64,000 bases of DNA from Candidatus Spongiisociaceae bacterium (GTDB lineage Bacteria; Actinomycetota; Acidimicrobiia; Spongiisociales; Spongiisociaceae). Numbering within the stretch: the first letter of the stretch is position 1; every line of letters starts with the position of its first letter. Below the pieces are notes generated by a model. It did not search any database. It was not told the origin of the DNA and saw nothing but the letters and a program-made list of their open reading frames with translations. Shown here in pieces: positions 1 through 9,575 of the stretch. The position numbers were made by a program, and so were the translations under genes. The stretch lies in assembly GCA_965262915.1 (NCBI GenBank), contig OZ253564.1, positions 1,504,001 to 1,568,000 on the forward strand. The letters run 5' to 3'.

Positions 1-730
1 TTGCGGTGAACTCTCTGCGTACCAGGTCGGGCGCCGCGGCCCGTTCGGGATTCGCCTTGGTGGTGGCAACCCTGCGGCGGCGGTGAACCCCCTGGATAGG
101 GCCTGGCGCATGAGGCGGGCTACCCGTTTGCGGCCGACTGAGACACCGTCGGCTGCCAGCTCGGCGTGGACACGGGGCGCCCCATAGGTGCCCCGCGACC
201 GGCTGTGGATATCGACGATCCGGTCCCGGAGTGCCCGATCAGCTTGTTCCCGGGCGGATGGGCGACGGCTGAGCCACGCGTAGTAGCCGCTGGCCGAGCA
301 CACCCAGGAGCTCACACATGCGCCGCACCGAATGAGAGGCCTGGTTAGCTTTCACGAACCCAAACGCCGCCGCGGGGTCGATCCGGTCTCCTCTGCGAAC
401 CAGGCCGCTGCTTTTGCCAGGATCTCCTTCTCCTCACGCAGGATCCGATTCTCCCTACGCAGCCGGCGTAACTCTTCCCGCTCGGCAGTCGTTAGACCCT
501 CCCTGCGCCCGTCGTCGATGTCGGCTTGGTTCACCCAATTGCGGATGGTCTGGTCTGAGGGTTCGAACTCCCGGCTCAGCTCGCCGGGCGTGCGACCCGA
601 CCTGACCAGGCGAACCATCTCCGCTCGGAACTCCGCCGGATACGGCGCTCTCGTCTTTCGGCATTCTCTGAACACTCCTTCTGGGAACAATCCCAAGTCA
701 TAGAATGTCCACCGAAGCGGGTCAACCTCA
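1..730 (-). mobile_element. IS3-family insertion sequence, decayed and truncated by the window start
   Basis: OrfA-like HTH protein (YPAEFRAEMVRLVRSG...ELRRLRRENRILREEKEILAKAAAWFA) precedes OrfB-like sequence (SGYYAW...SRGTYGAPRVHAEL...GRKRVARLMR). The left end reads TGAGGTTGACCCGCTTCGGTGGACA on the minus strand from 730, an IS3-type TG terminus. Single-base frameshifts occur after the ATG at 664 and inside orfB. Confidence 0.88.
352..664 (-). pseudogene. IS3 transposase OrfA, frameshifted just after the start codon
   Basis: SD AAGGAG then ATG CCG AAA GAC at 664. The transposase frame (KTRAPYPAEF) is one base out of register with this ATG. Confidence 0.75.
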
Positions 731-983
731 GTCTCCTAGGTGACCGCTGGCGCCGCACAGTGCTCGACTCTTGGCTGATCCGTGCCAAAGGTGGATGCGG
801 CTGGCTGTTCACGACCCGGGAAGACGCTCGGCTGATCGCACGGCGAAGCATCTGTGCCTCGACCCGTCGGCTCGGGCGGGGACCAGCCGGGCTATGGCCC
901 TCTGCTGCCGAGCCGAGCTACTCACAATCCAAGATGTGGCGGTCCGGCTGGGCCAGATCATGTGGCTCGACGACCACCTCACA

Positions 984-993
984 TTGCATACAA
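984..993. promoter_or_regulatory. GntR/FadR-type operator (TTGCATACAA)
   Basis: Near-palindrome that recurs at 1057, 11015 and 11068. Confidence 0.6.
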
Positions 994-1045
994 CTGTGCT
1001 GCGGTTTGTACGCCCCTGACTAGAAATGCCTCCAGTCTGGCCAGA

Positions 1046-1075
1046 TTGACGGGCGATTGTATACAAAGGTATAGT
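1046..1075 (+). promoter_or_regulatory. Sigma70-type promoter of the ABC operon, with a TTGTATACAA operator in the spacer
   Basis: TTGACG (1046-1051), 18 nt, TATAGT (1070-1075). Perfect palindrome TTGTATACAA at 1057-1066. Confidence 0.75.
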
Positions 1076-1218
1076 TCCGAAGTACTGCCAAGCCGACTGT
1101 CGGAGGTCGAGCGATGTGCAGCCGACGCTGGGGTCCTTCGAACGATCTGTTTCGGTACCGGTTGTCATTCATCTCCCGCCGTCTCGGTGAGATCGCTCGA
1201 ACCCAAAGGGAGGAAGCT

Positions 1219-2931
1219 ATGAGATTCAGAGTCGCGACGCGATGGATCGCGATGTTGGCCGTCGTTGCTCTGCTGGCCGCGGCGTGCGCGACGACGACGA
1301 CGACCACAACAACGGCCGTCGCCACAACAACGGCCGTCGCCACAACAACGGCCGTCGCCACAACAACGGCCGTCGCCACAACAACGGCCGTCGCCACAAC
1401 AACGGCTTCCGCGCCTACCGCGGACACGCAGCTTGTGATAGGAGATCCACAGGAGCCGGATGTCTTGAACCCGTGGCTGTCAAATAGCACGGCACCGTGG
1501 TTCCAGACCTTCCTGTTTGACTCGTTGCTCGCAATCGACGACAACGCCGAGTACGTTCCGCGCCTCGCCGAAGAGGTACCCACTCTTGACAACGGGGGGA
1601 TCTCGAGCGACTTGCGGACGTATACGTTCAGGCTTCGGAGCGACGCGCGGTGGCACGATGGCGAACCCGTTACATCCGACGATGTCGCCTTCACCTATGG
1701 TGCTGCGGTGAATCCGGACTTCGAGATCACTCAGCGCGCCGGCTACGACCAGATCGAGGCAGTCGAGACTCCCGATGAACGCACTGTCGTCTTCCGGCTG
1801 CGGGAGCCGAACGCAGCGTTCCTGGAACTGTGGTCGTACGCGGGATACAACCCGATTCTCCCGCAGCATGCCTTTGAAGGTGAGGACTTCAACACGAGTT
1901 CCCTCAACCGGCAGCCAATCGGGTCCGGTCCATTCAAACTCGTGGAGTGGAAGACCGGAAGCAGCCTGACCTTGGAGGCTAACGAGGATTACTACCTCGG
2001 AGCCCCGCAGATTGCCCGCATCATCTACCTTATCGTCCCCAACTTCGAGACACTCCGGATTATGATGGACACCGGCGAGATCGACATGCGTTTCCTCTTG
2101 GAGACTGCGGAGATCGCCGATGTTGAGGCCATGTCTGGTTGGCGCGTCTACTCAGCACCTGCAACAGCCTTTTTCCACTTCATGTTGAACAACAGCAGCC
2201 GGGTGCTCTCCGACGAGCGCGTAAGGCACGCGCTGTCAGCTGCCGTTGACAAGGAAGCGATAGTGGAGAGCCTGCTTCGCGGCACAATGGAGCCTCACTG
2301 GTCTCCAGTGCCCCGTGCATCATGGGCCTTCAAGGAGGTGGAATCCCGGGATGAGTACGACCCAGCACGAGCGATGGAGCTAATCGAGGAGGCTGGCTGG
2401 GTCGCCAATGCCGACGGGACACGTACGAAGGATGGTGAGAAGCTGTCACTTCGTGCCGTACATATTGGAGGTCAACCGGAACGCGATCAAGTCCTTGCCG
2501 TCGTGCAGCAGATGTGGCAGGCGGTGGGAATCGAGGTTCGGATTGAGCAGGTGGATGTAGGCGCGTTCGTTAAAGCTGTAAACACGGGCGACTACGACGT
2601 CTCATACGTGTACTGGTTGTTCAGCCCCGATCCAGACTCCCTGACTAGCCGCTACTCTTCCGGCGGTCAGACATGGCTCCAGCTTCCTGCTGAGGTCGTC
2701 GCTGAATATGACGCCCTCTTCGAGCGGGGACGCCTTACCGCTGACCGCGATGAGCGGCGCGAAGTGTACGGCACCCTTCAGGACCTGGTTGCCGAGCGCG
2801 CTCACAACGTCTTCATGTTCAATCGTGTGTTCTTTGACGCGGTCAAAGAGTCGGTGGGGGGCTATAAGCCGAACCCCACGCGCGCAACGAACATGTGGAA
2901 CGCTTATGAATGGACGGTGTCGGGGTCCTAA
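1219..2931 (+). CDS. ABC transporter substrate-binding lipoprotein, family 5 (Dpp/Opp-like)
   Basis: SD GGAGG. Lipobox LAAAC. Motifs YTFRLRSDARWHDGEPVTSDDVAFT, PIGSGPFKL and DERVRHALSAAVD. Confidence 0.93.
   Translation: MRFRVATRWIAMLAVVALLAAACATTTTTTTTAVATTTAVATTTAVATTTAVATTTAVATTTASAPTADTQLVIGDPQEPDVLNPWLSNSTAPWFQTFLFDSLLAIDDNAEYVPRLAEEVPTLDNGGISSDLRTYTFRLRSDARWHDGEPVTSDDVAFTYGAAVNPDFEITQRAGYDQIEAVETPDERTVVFRLREPNAAFLELWSYAGYNPILPQHAFEGEDFNTSSLNRQPIGSGPFKLVEWKTGSSLTLEANEDYYLGAPQIARIIYLIVPNFETLRIMMDTGEIDMRFLLETAEIADVEAMSGWRVYSAPATAFFHFMLNNSSRVLSDERVRHALSAAVDKEAIVESLLRGTMEPHWSPVPRASWAFKEVESRDEYDPARAMELIEEAGWVANADGTRTKDGEKLSLRAVHIGGQPERDQVLAVVQQMWQAVGIEVRIEQVDVGAFVKAVNTGDYDVSYVYWLFSPDPDSLTSRYSSGGQTWLQLPAEVVAEYDALFERGRLTADRDERREVYGTLQDLVAERAHNVFMFNRVFFDAVKESVGGYKPNPTRATNMWNAYEWTVSGS
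1303..1407 (+). repeat. 18-bp tandem repeat (GCCACAACAACGGCCGTC, about 5.8 copies) encoding a TTTAVA linker
   Basis: Directly visible, in frame, just after the lipid-anchor Cys. Confidence 0.95.
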
Positions 2932-2971
2932 TCCGGATATGAGGTCGATTAGGTAAGGACGCAGTGAGAGT

Positions 2972-3007
2972 GAGGCAGGGCCAGTCTCTTGAGATTGGCC
3001 CTGCCTC
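2972..3007 (+). terminator. Strong intergenic hairpin (partial terminator or mRNA stabiliser)
   Basis: GAGGCAGGGCCAGTCTC pairs with GAGATTGGCCCTGCCTC between the binding-protein and permease genes. Confidence 0.7.
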
Positions 3008-3055
3008 TTGATGTACTTCGGTGCTGCGGGATACGTCGATTTGGAGGGCAGCTGA

Positions 3056-4009
3056 GTGCTGAACTTCGGGTTGCGCCGGCTGCTGTTGGCAGTACCTTCC
3101 CTTTTGCTTATCTCCGCGACACTGTTTGGCCTGTTACACCTAGCTCCGGGCGGTCCCGCGGCTGTTTACGGCGCCTCGACCGTGCTGACAGCGGAGCAAC
3201 AGGAGCAGATCGAACATCAGCTGGGTCTTGATCGACCCCTGGCCATGCGTTATGTAACTTGGCTGGGTAGGGTCCTTCAAGGGGACCTCGGTCGCTCCTA
3301 TCGCGATGGGAGGCCGGTGACACACGTGCTTGTCGAGCGTTTACCGGCCACGCTCCTACTGATGGGTACTGCCCTCATCCTGGGACTCATGATCGCGGTC
3401 CCAATCGCCCTGATCGCAGCAACGACTCGGCGACGCTCCGTTCGCGCGGGGATCCACCTCTTCACGCTGCTGGGTGTGTCGATGCCGACCTTCTGGACCG
3501 GGTTGCTCGCGATTCTGATCTTTGCTGGACGGCTCGGCTGGATTCCAGCAGGAGGAATAACAACGCCCGGTGGCCCGGCAAGCGTCGGAGACTTGCTGCA
3601 CCACCTAATCGCACCCGCGACTGTGATTGCGATTCTCTATGCATCTCGGTGGGGTCGCTATCTGGAGGCCGATGTTCGTGGGGTACTCGACGAGGACTAT
3701 GTGAGAACTGCGCGTTCGAAAGGTCTGCCGGAGGTTACGGTGCTGGTCGGACACGCGTTCCGCAACTCGCTGATATCCATTATCACGCTGGTTGCTCTAG
3801 AGTTCCCGTTGATGCTCTCGGGAGCGGTGGTGACCGAGGTCGTATTCTCATGGCCAGGCATGGGGCGTCTCGTGACGGACGCACTCACGCAACGAGATTA
3901 TCCTGTCCTGATGGGCACTCTGGTCATCATCGCTGTGGTGGTCATCATCGCCAACCTTGTTGCCGACTTTCTGTACTCCTGGGCCGATCCGCGTGTGAGG
4001 CTGTCATGA
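3056..4009 (+). CDS. ABC transporter permease (DppB/OppB-like)
   Basis: LGLDRPL..RY..WL...LQGDLGRS, EAA loop EDYVRTARSKGL, and TEVVFSWPGMG. Confidence 0.93.
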   Translation: MLNFGLRRLLLAVPSLLLISATLFGLLHLAPGGPAAVYGASTVLTAEQQEQIEHQLGLDRPLAMRYVTWLGRVLQGDLGRSYRDGRPVTHVLVERLPATLLLMGTALILGLMIAVPIALIAATTRRRSVRAGIHLFTLLGVSMPTFWTGLLAILIFAGRLGWIPAGGITTPGGPASVGDLLHHLIAPATVIAILYASRWGRYLEADVRGVLDEDYVRTARSKGLPEVTVLVGHAFRNSLISIITLVALEFPLMLSGAVVTEVVFSWPGMGRLVTDALTQRDYPVLMGTLVIIAVVVIIANLVADFLYSWADPRVRLS

Positions 4010-4860
4010 GCAGGCGAAGGGGGAGTCCTGCCATCGGTCCCGCTGCCTGGTTCGCGCTCTCGTCGCTGGCACTTCTCATTATTGCGACAGTTGTCGGCCC
4101 GATTTTTTTTGACAGGGATCCCAATGCCATTGCCTTGAGTAGAATCCTTGAGCCGCCCAGCCTGCAATATCTATTCGGTACGGATGAGCTTGGCCGGGAC
4201 GTCTTCACAAGACTACTCCACGGCGGTCGTGTTTCCTTGGTCGTGGGGATCACGACCGCTGCATTGGCCGTCACAGTCGGCGCCATGGTGGGGGCGGTGG
4301 CAGGATTTCTCGGCGGATGGCTTGATGAGGCGATCTCACGCACGGTCGACATGTTCTTGTCATTCCCGGTGGTTCCGGTCGCTCTCGTCGCCTCCGCCTT
4401 TCTCACGCTCGATGTCGTCAGTGTTACGCTCCTGATCGCTGTACTGTCGTGGATGCAAGTCGCTCGGCTTGTGCGCGGGCATGTCATTGCTCTGCGGGAG
4501 CGGGATTTTGTAGTCGCCGCGGAGACCTTGGGCGCCACCAACGCGGGAATCTTGTTTAGGCACTTGATACCTAACACCGTTCCCGTGATCCTCGTCGCTG
4601 CGACACTATTGGTGCCCTTCGCGATTCTTCTCGAAGCAGCGTTGAGCTTCCTCGGGCACGGCGTTCAACCGCCAACCCCCACGTGGGGAAACATGCTTCA
4701 GAGTGCTCCCCGGTTCATGCGAGATGCGCCATGGCTCGCAGTGGCGCCCGGACTACTGATTACTTGGACGGTTTCTTCTTTTACCATCATCGGTGACACA
4801 ATGAGGCGAGTCATGAGCGGCGCTGCTCGCCCAATCACGCAAAGGGAGGTACGTGAGTGA
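4006..4860 (+). CDS. ABC transporter permease (DppC/OppC-like)
   Basis: FGTDELGRDVFTRLLHGGRVSL, ERDFVVAAETLGA and PPTPTWGNML. ATGA overlap with the upstream gene. Confidence 0.92.
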   Translation: MSRRRGSPAIGPAAWFALSSLALLIIATVVGPIFFDRDPNAIALSRILEPPSLQYLFGTDELGRDVFTRLLHGGRVSLVVGITTAALAVTVGAMVGAVAGFLGGWLDEAISRTVDMFLSFPVVPVALVASAFLTLDVVSVTLLIAVLSWMQVARLVRGHVIALRERDFVVAAETLGATNAGILFRHLIPNTVPVILVAATLLVPFAILLEAALSFLGHGVQPPTPTWGNMLQSAPRFMRDAPWLAVAPGLLITWTVSSFTIIGDTMRRVMSGAARPITQREVRE

Positions 4861-5648
4861 CAGTTGAGGAGCTTCTTGAGAGCATTCGCGGGCGGCGCGT
4901 CTATGATTTGTCGCGAGAGTTCCACATCGGGATGCCGGTCTTTCCGGGATTCCCGACCTTCTCGCTCACACCGATTAGACGGCACGGCGACAAGGTGTAC
5001 GAGGACGGCTACACGGGGTCGGATGAGTTGGTGACGATGTGTAACCACGCAGGCACAAACATGGATGCGCTCTGCCACGGTTCTGTCAACGGCCTCATGT
5101 ACGGCGGAAAGAGCTTCTCGCAGGGCCCTGAGGGATGCGACATCCATGGAGTCGAGACGATCGATCCGCTGGTGCGTCGAGGGGTGCTTCTCGACGTACC
5201 CCTCGCTCGCGGCTTGAGCATCCTGGACCCTGCGTATGAAGTAACGCCGAGCGACCTAGAGGCAGCCCTTGGGGACTCGCACCTGGGACACGGCGACGTC
5301 GCGCTCATCCGAACAGGCTGGATCCGCTACTGGGACGATGTTGACCGCTACTCCGGGGCGGCACTTCCCGGCCTCCCGGGACCGGGCCTTCCTGCTGCAG
5401 AGTGGCTCAGCAAGAAGGGCATTGCCGCGGCGGGGAGCGACACGATTGCCTTCGAGCGCTACATCCCCAATCAAGCCCGGGTGCCGGTCCACAGGCACTT
5501 CCTCGTCGAGAAGGGAATCTTCATCTTGGAGGCACTGGACCTGGAGGAACTTGCAGCTGACGGAGTCCACGAGTTCCTGATGATTGCCGCACCGATCAAA
5601 TTCCGTGGCGCTACGGGTGGTCCCGTTCGTCCCCTCGCCATGGCATAG
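4857..5648 (+). CDS. Cyclase-family (kynurenine formamidase-like) metallo-amidohydrolase
   Basis: HAGTNMDALCH (a variant of HxGTHxDxxxH), GDVALIRTGW, GSDTIAFE and GATGGPVRPLA. Confidence 0.88.
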   Translation: MTVEELLESIRGRRVYDLSREFHIGMPVFPGFPTFSLTPIRRHGDKVYEDGYTGSDELVTMCNHAGTNMDALCHGSVNGLMYGGKSFSQGPEGCDIHGVETIDPLVRRGVLLDVPLARGLSILDPAYEVTPSDLEAALGDSHLGHGDVALIRTGWIRYWDDVDRYSGAALPGLPGPGLPAAEWLSKKGIAAAGSDTIAFERYIPNQARVPVHRHFLVEKGIFILEALDLEELAADGVHEFLMIAAPIKFRGATGGPVRPLAMA

Positions 5649-5651
5649 GAG

Positions 5652-6182
5652 ATGGCAATGACTGACCGAATCGCATCGGCGGCCCGGGCCTTCGTAGAGA
5701 GGGTTCGCAATGACCCCGAACACAGCTCCGAGTCCTTCTCCGTGCACACTGAGCTCGTAGAAGGCACCCACGTCAAGGCTCATGTTCGCTCCTTCATCCT
5801 GGAGTACGACGAACCACCAATCATCGGTGGCGACGACCTCGGCCCTGGCCCGGCCGAATCCACCCTCGCTGCCCTTGGCGCAAGCCTCATCCAGTTCTAC
5901 GTGATCCAGAGCCGCCTCCTCGAAGTACCGATAGAAGGCGTTGAGGTCGACGTCACGGGCGAGCTCGACCTCACGGGAGTCTTCCGGACGCTCCCGGACG
6001 CGATCCCTGGCTATAGCTCGATCCACTTCCAGACGCGCTTACAGAGCTCGGCGGACCGCGACGCAATCGAGACTCTTGTCTCGGTCGTCGAAGCAACGAC
6101 ACCGGTCATGGCGGCGTTCAGGAACCCGGTGCCGGTTACCGGCACAACTTCAATTGAACGAGGAAGTCAGTCCGGCGACTGA
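5652..6182 (+). CDS. OsmC/Ohr-fold protein lacking cysteines
   Basis: DEPPIIGGDDLGPGPAESTLAALGAS and GELDL.G are typical of the fold. The protein contains no Cys. Confidence 0.8.
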   Translation: MAMTDRIASAARAFVERVRNDPEHSSESFSVHTELVEGTHVKAHVRSFILEYDEPPIIGGDDLGPGPAESTLAALGASLIQFYVIQSRLLEVPIEGVEVDVTGELDLTGVFRTLPDAIPGYSSIHFQTRLQSSADRDAIETLVSVVEATTPVMAAFRNPVPVTGTTSIERGSQSGD

Positions 6183-6301
6183 AGCATTGGCACCATCATG
6201 TTCCGACGTATCCCTCCCAGCAGCCGTAGCAATGCCCTGATAGCGGTCGTATCGATGCGGGCCACCTCCGTCCACAAGGGTGCCGCCGGAGGGGGTGAGG
6301 C

Positions 6302-7366
6302 GTGAGCGGGAATGCCGATGGTCCCTTCGGGGATTCCGGACGGCGCAACGGGAATCGGAACAACGCACCCCTCCTTGACGTCGAGGACCTGCGGGTCACA
6401 TTCGAACAGCCCGGAATCACGATCCGGGCCGTGCGCGGCATCTCCTATCAGATCCGCCGCGGCGAAGCCCTCGGGCTCGTAGGGGAGTCGGGAGCCGGCA
6501 AGAGCGTCAGCGCACTGGCGCTTCTCGGCTTGCTCCCACGGGACACGGCCCGCGTGCAGGCGAAGTCGATTCGATTCGACGGCAAGGAGATCACGGCAGC
6601 CAGGGAGCGCGAACTCCGCAAGGTGCGAGGGATCGGGATCAGCATGATCTTCCAGGATCCACTGAGCAGCCTCAACCCGGTGCTGCGGATCGGCAAACAG
6701 ATCACCGAGCAGATCCGCCGGCATCTCAACGTGGACCGCGCCGAAGCACACGAACGTGCGGTCGGTCTCCTGCAGATCGTCGGGATCCCCCACCCCGAGC
6801 AACGGATCTTCAGCTATCCCCACGAGTTCAGCGGCGGGATGCGGCAGCGGGCAATGATCGCTATGGCACTGTCGTGCGGCCCGGCATTGCTCATCGCCGA
6901 CGAACCGACTACCGCTCTCGACGTGACCATCCAGTCTCAGATCCTCGACCTGATCGGGGAACTGCGCCGGGAACTGGGAATGGCACTGCTGATTATCACT
7001 CACGATCTTGGTGTGATAGCTAACTCGACCGACCGGATTGCGGTGATGTATGCCGGCCACATCGTCGAGAAGGGTCCCACGAGAGACGTGCTCGCCGACC
7101 CCAGTCACCCCTATACGCAAGGACTGCTGCGCTCACTTCCTCGCCTCGACAATCCCAAGGAAACCGAGCTCACGCCGATCAGCGGTAACCCGCCGGATCT
7201 CGCAGCCTCGATCGTCGGCTGTCCATTCCGGCCCCGATGCCCAAAGGCGATGGATCGATGCCGGGCGGAGAACCCCTCCCTGGCCCTGGTGTCATCGAAC
7301 CGGGAGGCGGCGTGCTGGGCGGTGGAGGAGATCCCGGCATCGGCGCCGGGGTCTGAAGAGCGATGA
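6302..7366 (+). CDS. ABC transporter ATP-binding protein (DppD-like)
   Basis: [28 protein letters not shown]-terminal GCPFRPRC. Confidence 0.94.
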   Translation: MSGNADGPFGDSGRRNGNRNNAPLLDVEDLRVTFEQPGITIRAVRGISYQIRRGEALGLVGESGAGKSVSALALLGLLPRDTARVQAKSIRFDGKEITAARERELRKVRGIGISMIFQDPLSSLNPVLRIGKQITEQIRRHLNVDRAEAHERAVGLLQIVGIPHPEQRIFSYPHEFSGGMRQRAMIAMALSCGPALLIADEPTTALDVTIQSQILDLIGELRRELGMALLIITHDLGVIANSTDRIAVMYAGHIVEKGPTRDVLADPSHPYTQGLLRSLPRLDNPKETELTPISGNPPDLAASIVGCPFRPRCPKAMDRCRAENPSLALVSSNREAACWAVEEIPASAPGSEER

Positions 7367-8472
7367 GCCCGGGACTGACTGAGGGGTCACCGCTGCTCGA
7401 GGTTCGGGATCTCAAGGTGTGGTATCCCGTCCGGGCCGGGATCTTCAGACGCCGCGTGGGATGGGTACGGGCAGTGGACGGCGTCGACTTCACGCTCGAG
7501 CGGGGCCAGACTCTCGGGCTGGTGGGAGAATCCGGCTGCGGAAAGACCTCCATCGGCCGCGCGGTAGTGCGGGTGGTAGAACCTCACGACGGGTCAATCC
7601 GGATCTCCGGCGAGGATCTGTTGGCCATCAAGGGAAGCGGCCTGCGGCGCCGGCGTCGGCGCTTCCAGATGGTGTTTCAGGATCCGTTCTCCAGCCTCGA
7701 CCCCCGGCAGACGGTGGGGCAGGTGATCGAGGAGCCGCTGAGGATCCACTCGCTGGGGACTCGCAGCGAGCGACGTCGCCGGGTGGAGGAGCTGCTGGAG
7801 TTGGTCGGCCTCCCCGGCGGGACGACGAGGAGGCTTCCCCGCGAATTCAGCGGCGGTCAGCGGCAGCGAATCGGGATCGCCCGTGCTCTGGCACTCGATC
7901 CTGATCTAGTCGTCTGTGACGAGCCGATTAGCGCTCTCGACGTCTCTATTCAGGCTCAGATCATCAACTTGTTCGAGCGCCTGCAGACGCAGCTGGGCAT
8001 CGCTCTACTATTCATTGCTCACGACTTGGCCGTGGTACGGCACATCGCCCACGACGTTGCCGTCATTTACCTCGGCAAGATCGTCGAGCACGCTCCGAGT
8101 CGCACTCTCTTTGAGCGCCCGACCCATCCCTACACAGTGGCTCTGCTGTCAACGGCGCCGGTTCCTGACGTCGACGTGGAGAGGTCTCGGGAACGGATTC
8201 CCCTTTCCGGCGATCCGCCGAGTCCGGCCGACCCACCGAGCGGGTGCCGTTTCCACACCCGATGCTGGTTGCGCACTGACCTCGGCAACCCCGAGGAATG
8301 CGCCACCACCGAACCCGTTCTCCAGACCTGCGAGGACGCTGAGGATCATCAGGTGGCCTGCCATTTCGCTGCGCAGGTATCGGAAAGGATCGCGGGGCTG
8401 AATCTGCCCACCGTGGGGGTGTCCTCGACGGGAGACCAGAGCGGGAGAGAGTCAGGGAGCGACGGAGCATGA
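7363..8472 (+). CDS. ABC transporter ATP-binding protein (DppF-like)
   Basis: [33 protein letters not shown]. Confidence 0.94.
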   Translation: MSPGLTEGSPLLEVRDLKVWYPVRAGIFRRRVGWVRAVDGVDFTLERGQTLGLVGESGCGKTSIGRAVVRVVEPHDGSIRISGEDLLAIKGSGLRRRRRRFQMVFQDPFSSLDPRQTVGQVIEEPLRIHSLGTRSERRRRVEELLELVGLPGGTTRRLPREFSGGQRQRIGIARALALDPDLVVCDEPISALDVSIQAQIINLFERLQTQLGIALLFIAHDLAVVRHIAHDVAVIYLGKIVEHAPSRTLFERPTHPYTVALLSTAPVPDVDVERSRERIPLSGDPPSPADPPSGCRFHTRCWLRTDLGNPEECATTEPVLQTCEDAEDHQVACHFAAQVSERIAGLNLPTVGVSSTGDQSGRESGSDGA

Positions 8473-8645
8473 CCTGCTCGGTCCGCTGCAAGCTGCCCGA
8501 TCCACCATCGAGATGACGTTGTGAGATGGTGCGTTTCCCAGGTGGCGGGGGGCGCGGGCGACGCTGACGTCCATTGATCGACGCGATTCCCGAGCGGCTC
8601 GACGGTGACCGCCTCGATCCAAGATGCCGAATACGGGTCTCCCCT

Positions 8646-9575
8646 TCACGCGAGTGAGGGCAGATGCCGTGGGCGGGCGGTTTCATAGGCCTCGATCTTG
8701 GACTCAGAGTTGAGCGTCGCCCCGATGGGGTCCACACCGGCGAGCAGGCGTTTCTTGGAGGACGGATCGAAATCGAAGTGCACATTGCTGCCGAGCGCTG
8801 AGACGGTCTGGTTCTCTAGGTCGATTGAGATTCGCTCCTGGGGCCGATCGAGCGCGGCAGCGAGGAGTTGTTCCACGGTTTCCGGTTCGAGGGCGATGGG
8901 GAGGAGGCCGATATTGACCGAGTTCTGGCGGACGATGTCGCCGGAGGAGGGGGCGATGACGGCCTTGATGCCCCAGTCTTGGATGGCCCAGGCGGCGTGT
9001 TCCCGGGAGGAACCCGATCCGAAGTTAGGGGCGGCGATCAACACGACGGCCTCTTGCAGATCGTCATTCGGCCCTCCATCGACAGGGACCTGATCGCCTC
9101 CTCGCGGTATTCGATGACGTGTTCCACCTCCGACGTGCCGATCCTGAACGCCAACGCTCCGAACGCACCGTGGGTAGCGGTATGGCTGTCACCGCACACG
9201 ATGACCGTCCCAGGCTGGGTGAGCCCCTGCTCGGGGCCGATCACATGCACGATACCCCGACGGGGATCGTCGATTCCGAAAAGGGAGATCCCATTCGTCC
9301 GACAGTTCTCCACCGGCACCTCGATCTGGCGCTTCGACAACGGGTCTGTGATCCCCGACGCCCGGTTCGCCGTCGGGACCGCATGATCCACCGTCGCCAA
9401 CGTCAGATCCGGATGGCGCACCGTCCGGGCCGCCATCCGCAGCGCCTCGAACGCTTGCGGAGATGTCACCCCGTTAACCAGGTGCAAATCCACATACAAC
9501 AGGTCCGGCCCCCTGGAGCACTACCAACCACATGACCATCCCAAACCCTGTCCAACAGGGTGGCCGTCAGCCCAC
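8646..9575 (-). pseudogene. Fused remnant of a LeuC/LeuD-type (isopropylmalate/maleate hydratase-family) pair
   Basis: LeuC N-terminus ([38 protein letters not shown]) jumps to [14 protein letters not shown] and then to the LeuD C-terminus (NFGSGSSREHA, 8646-9044). There is also a 5' frameshift. Confidence 0.88.
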
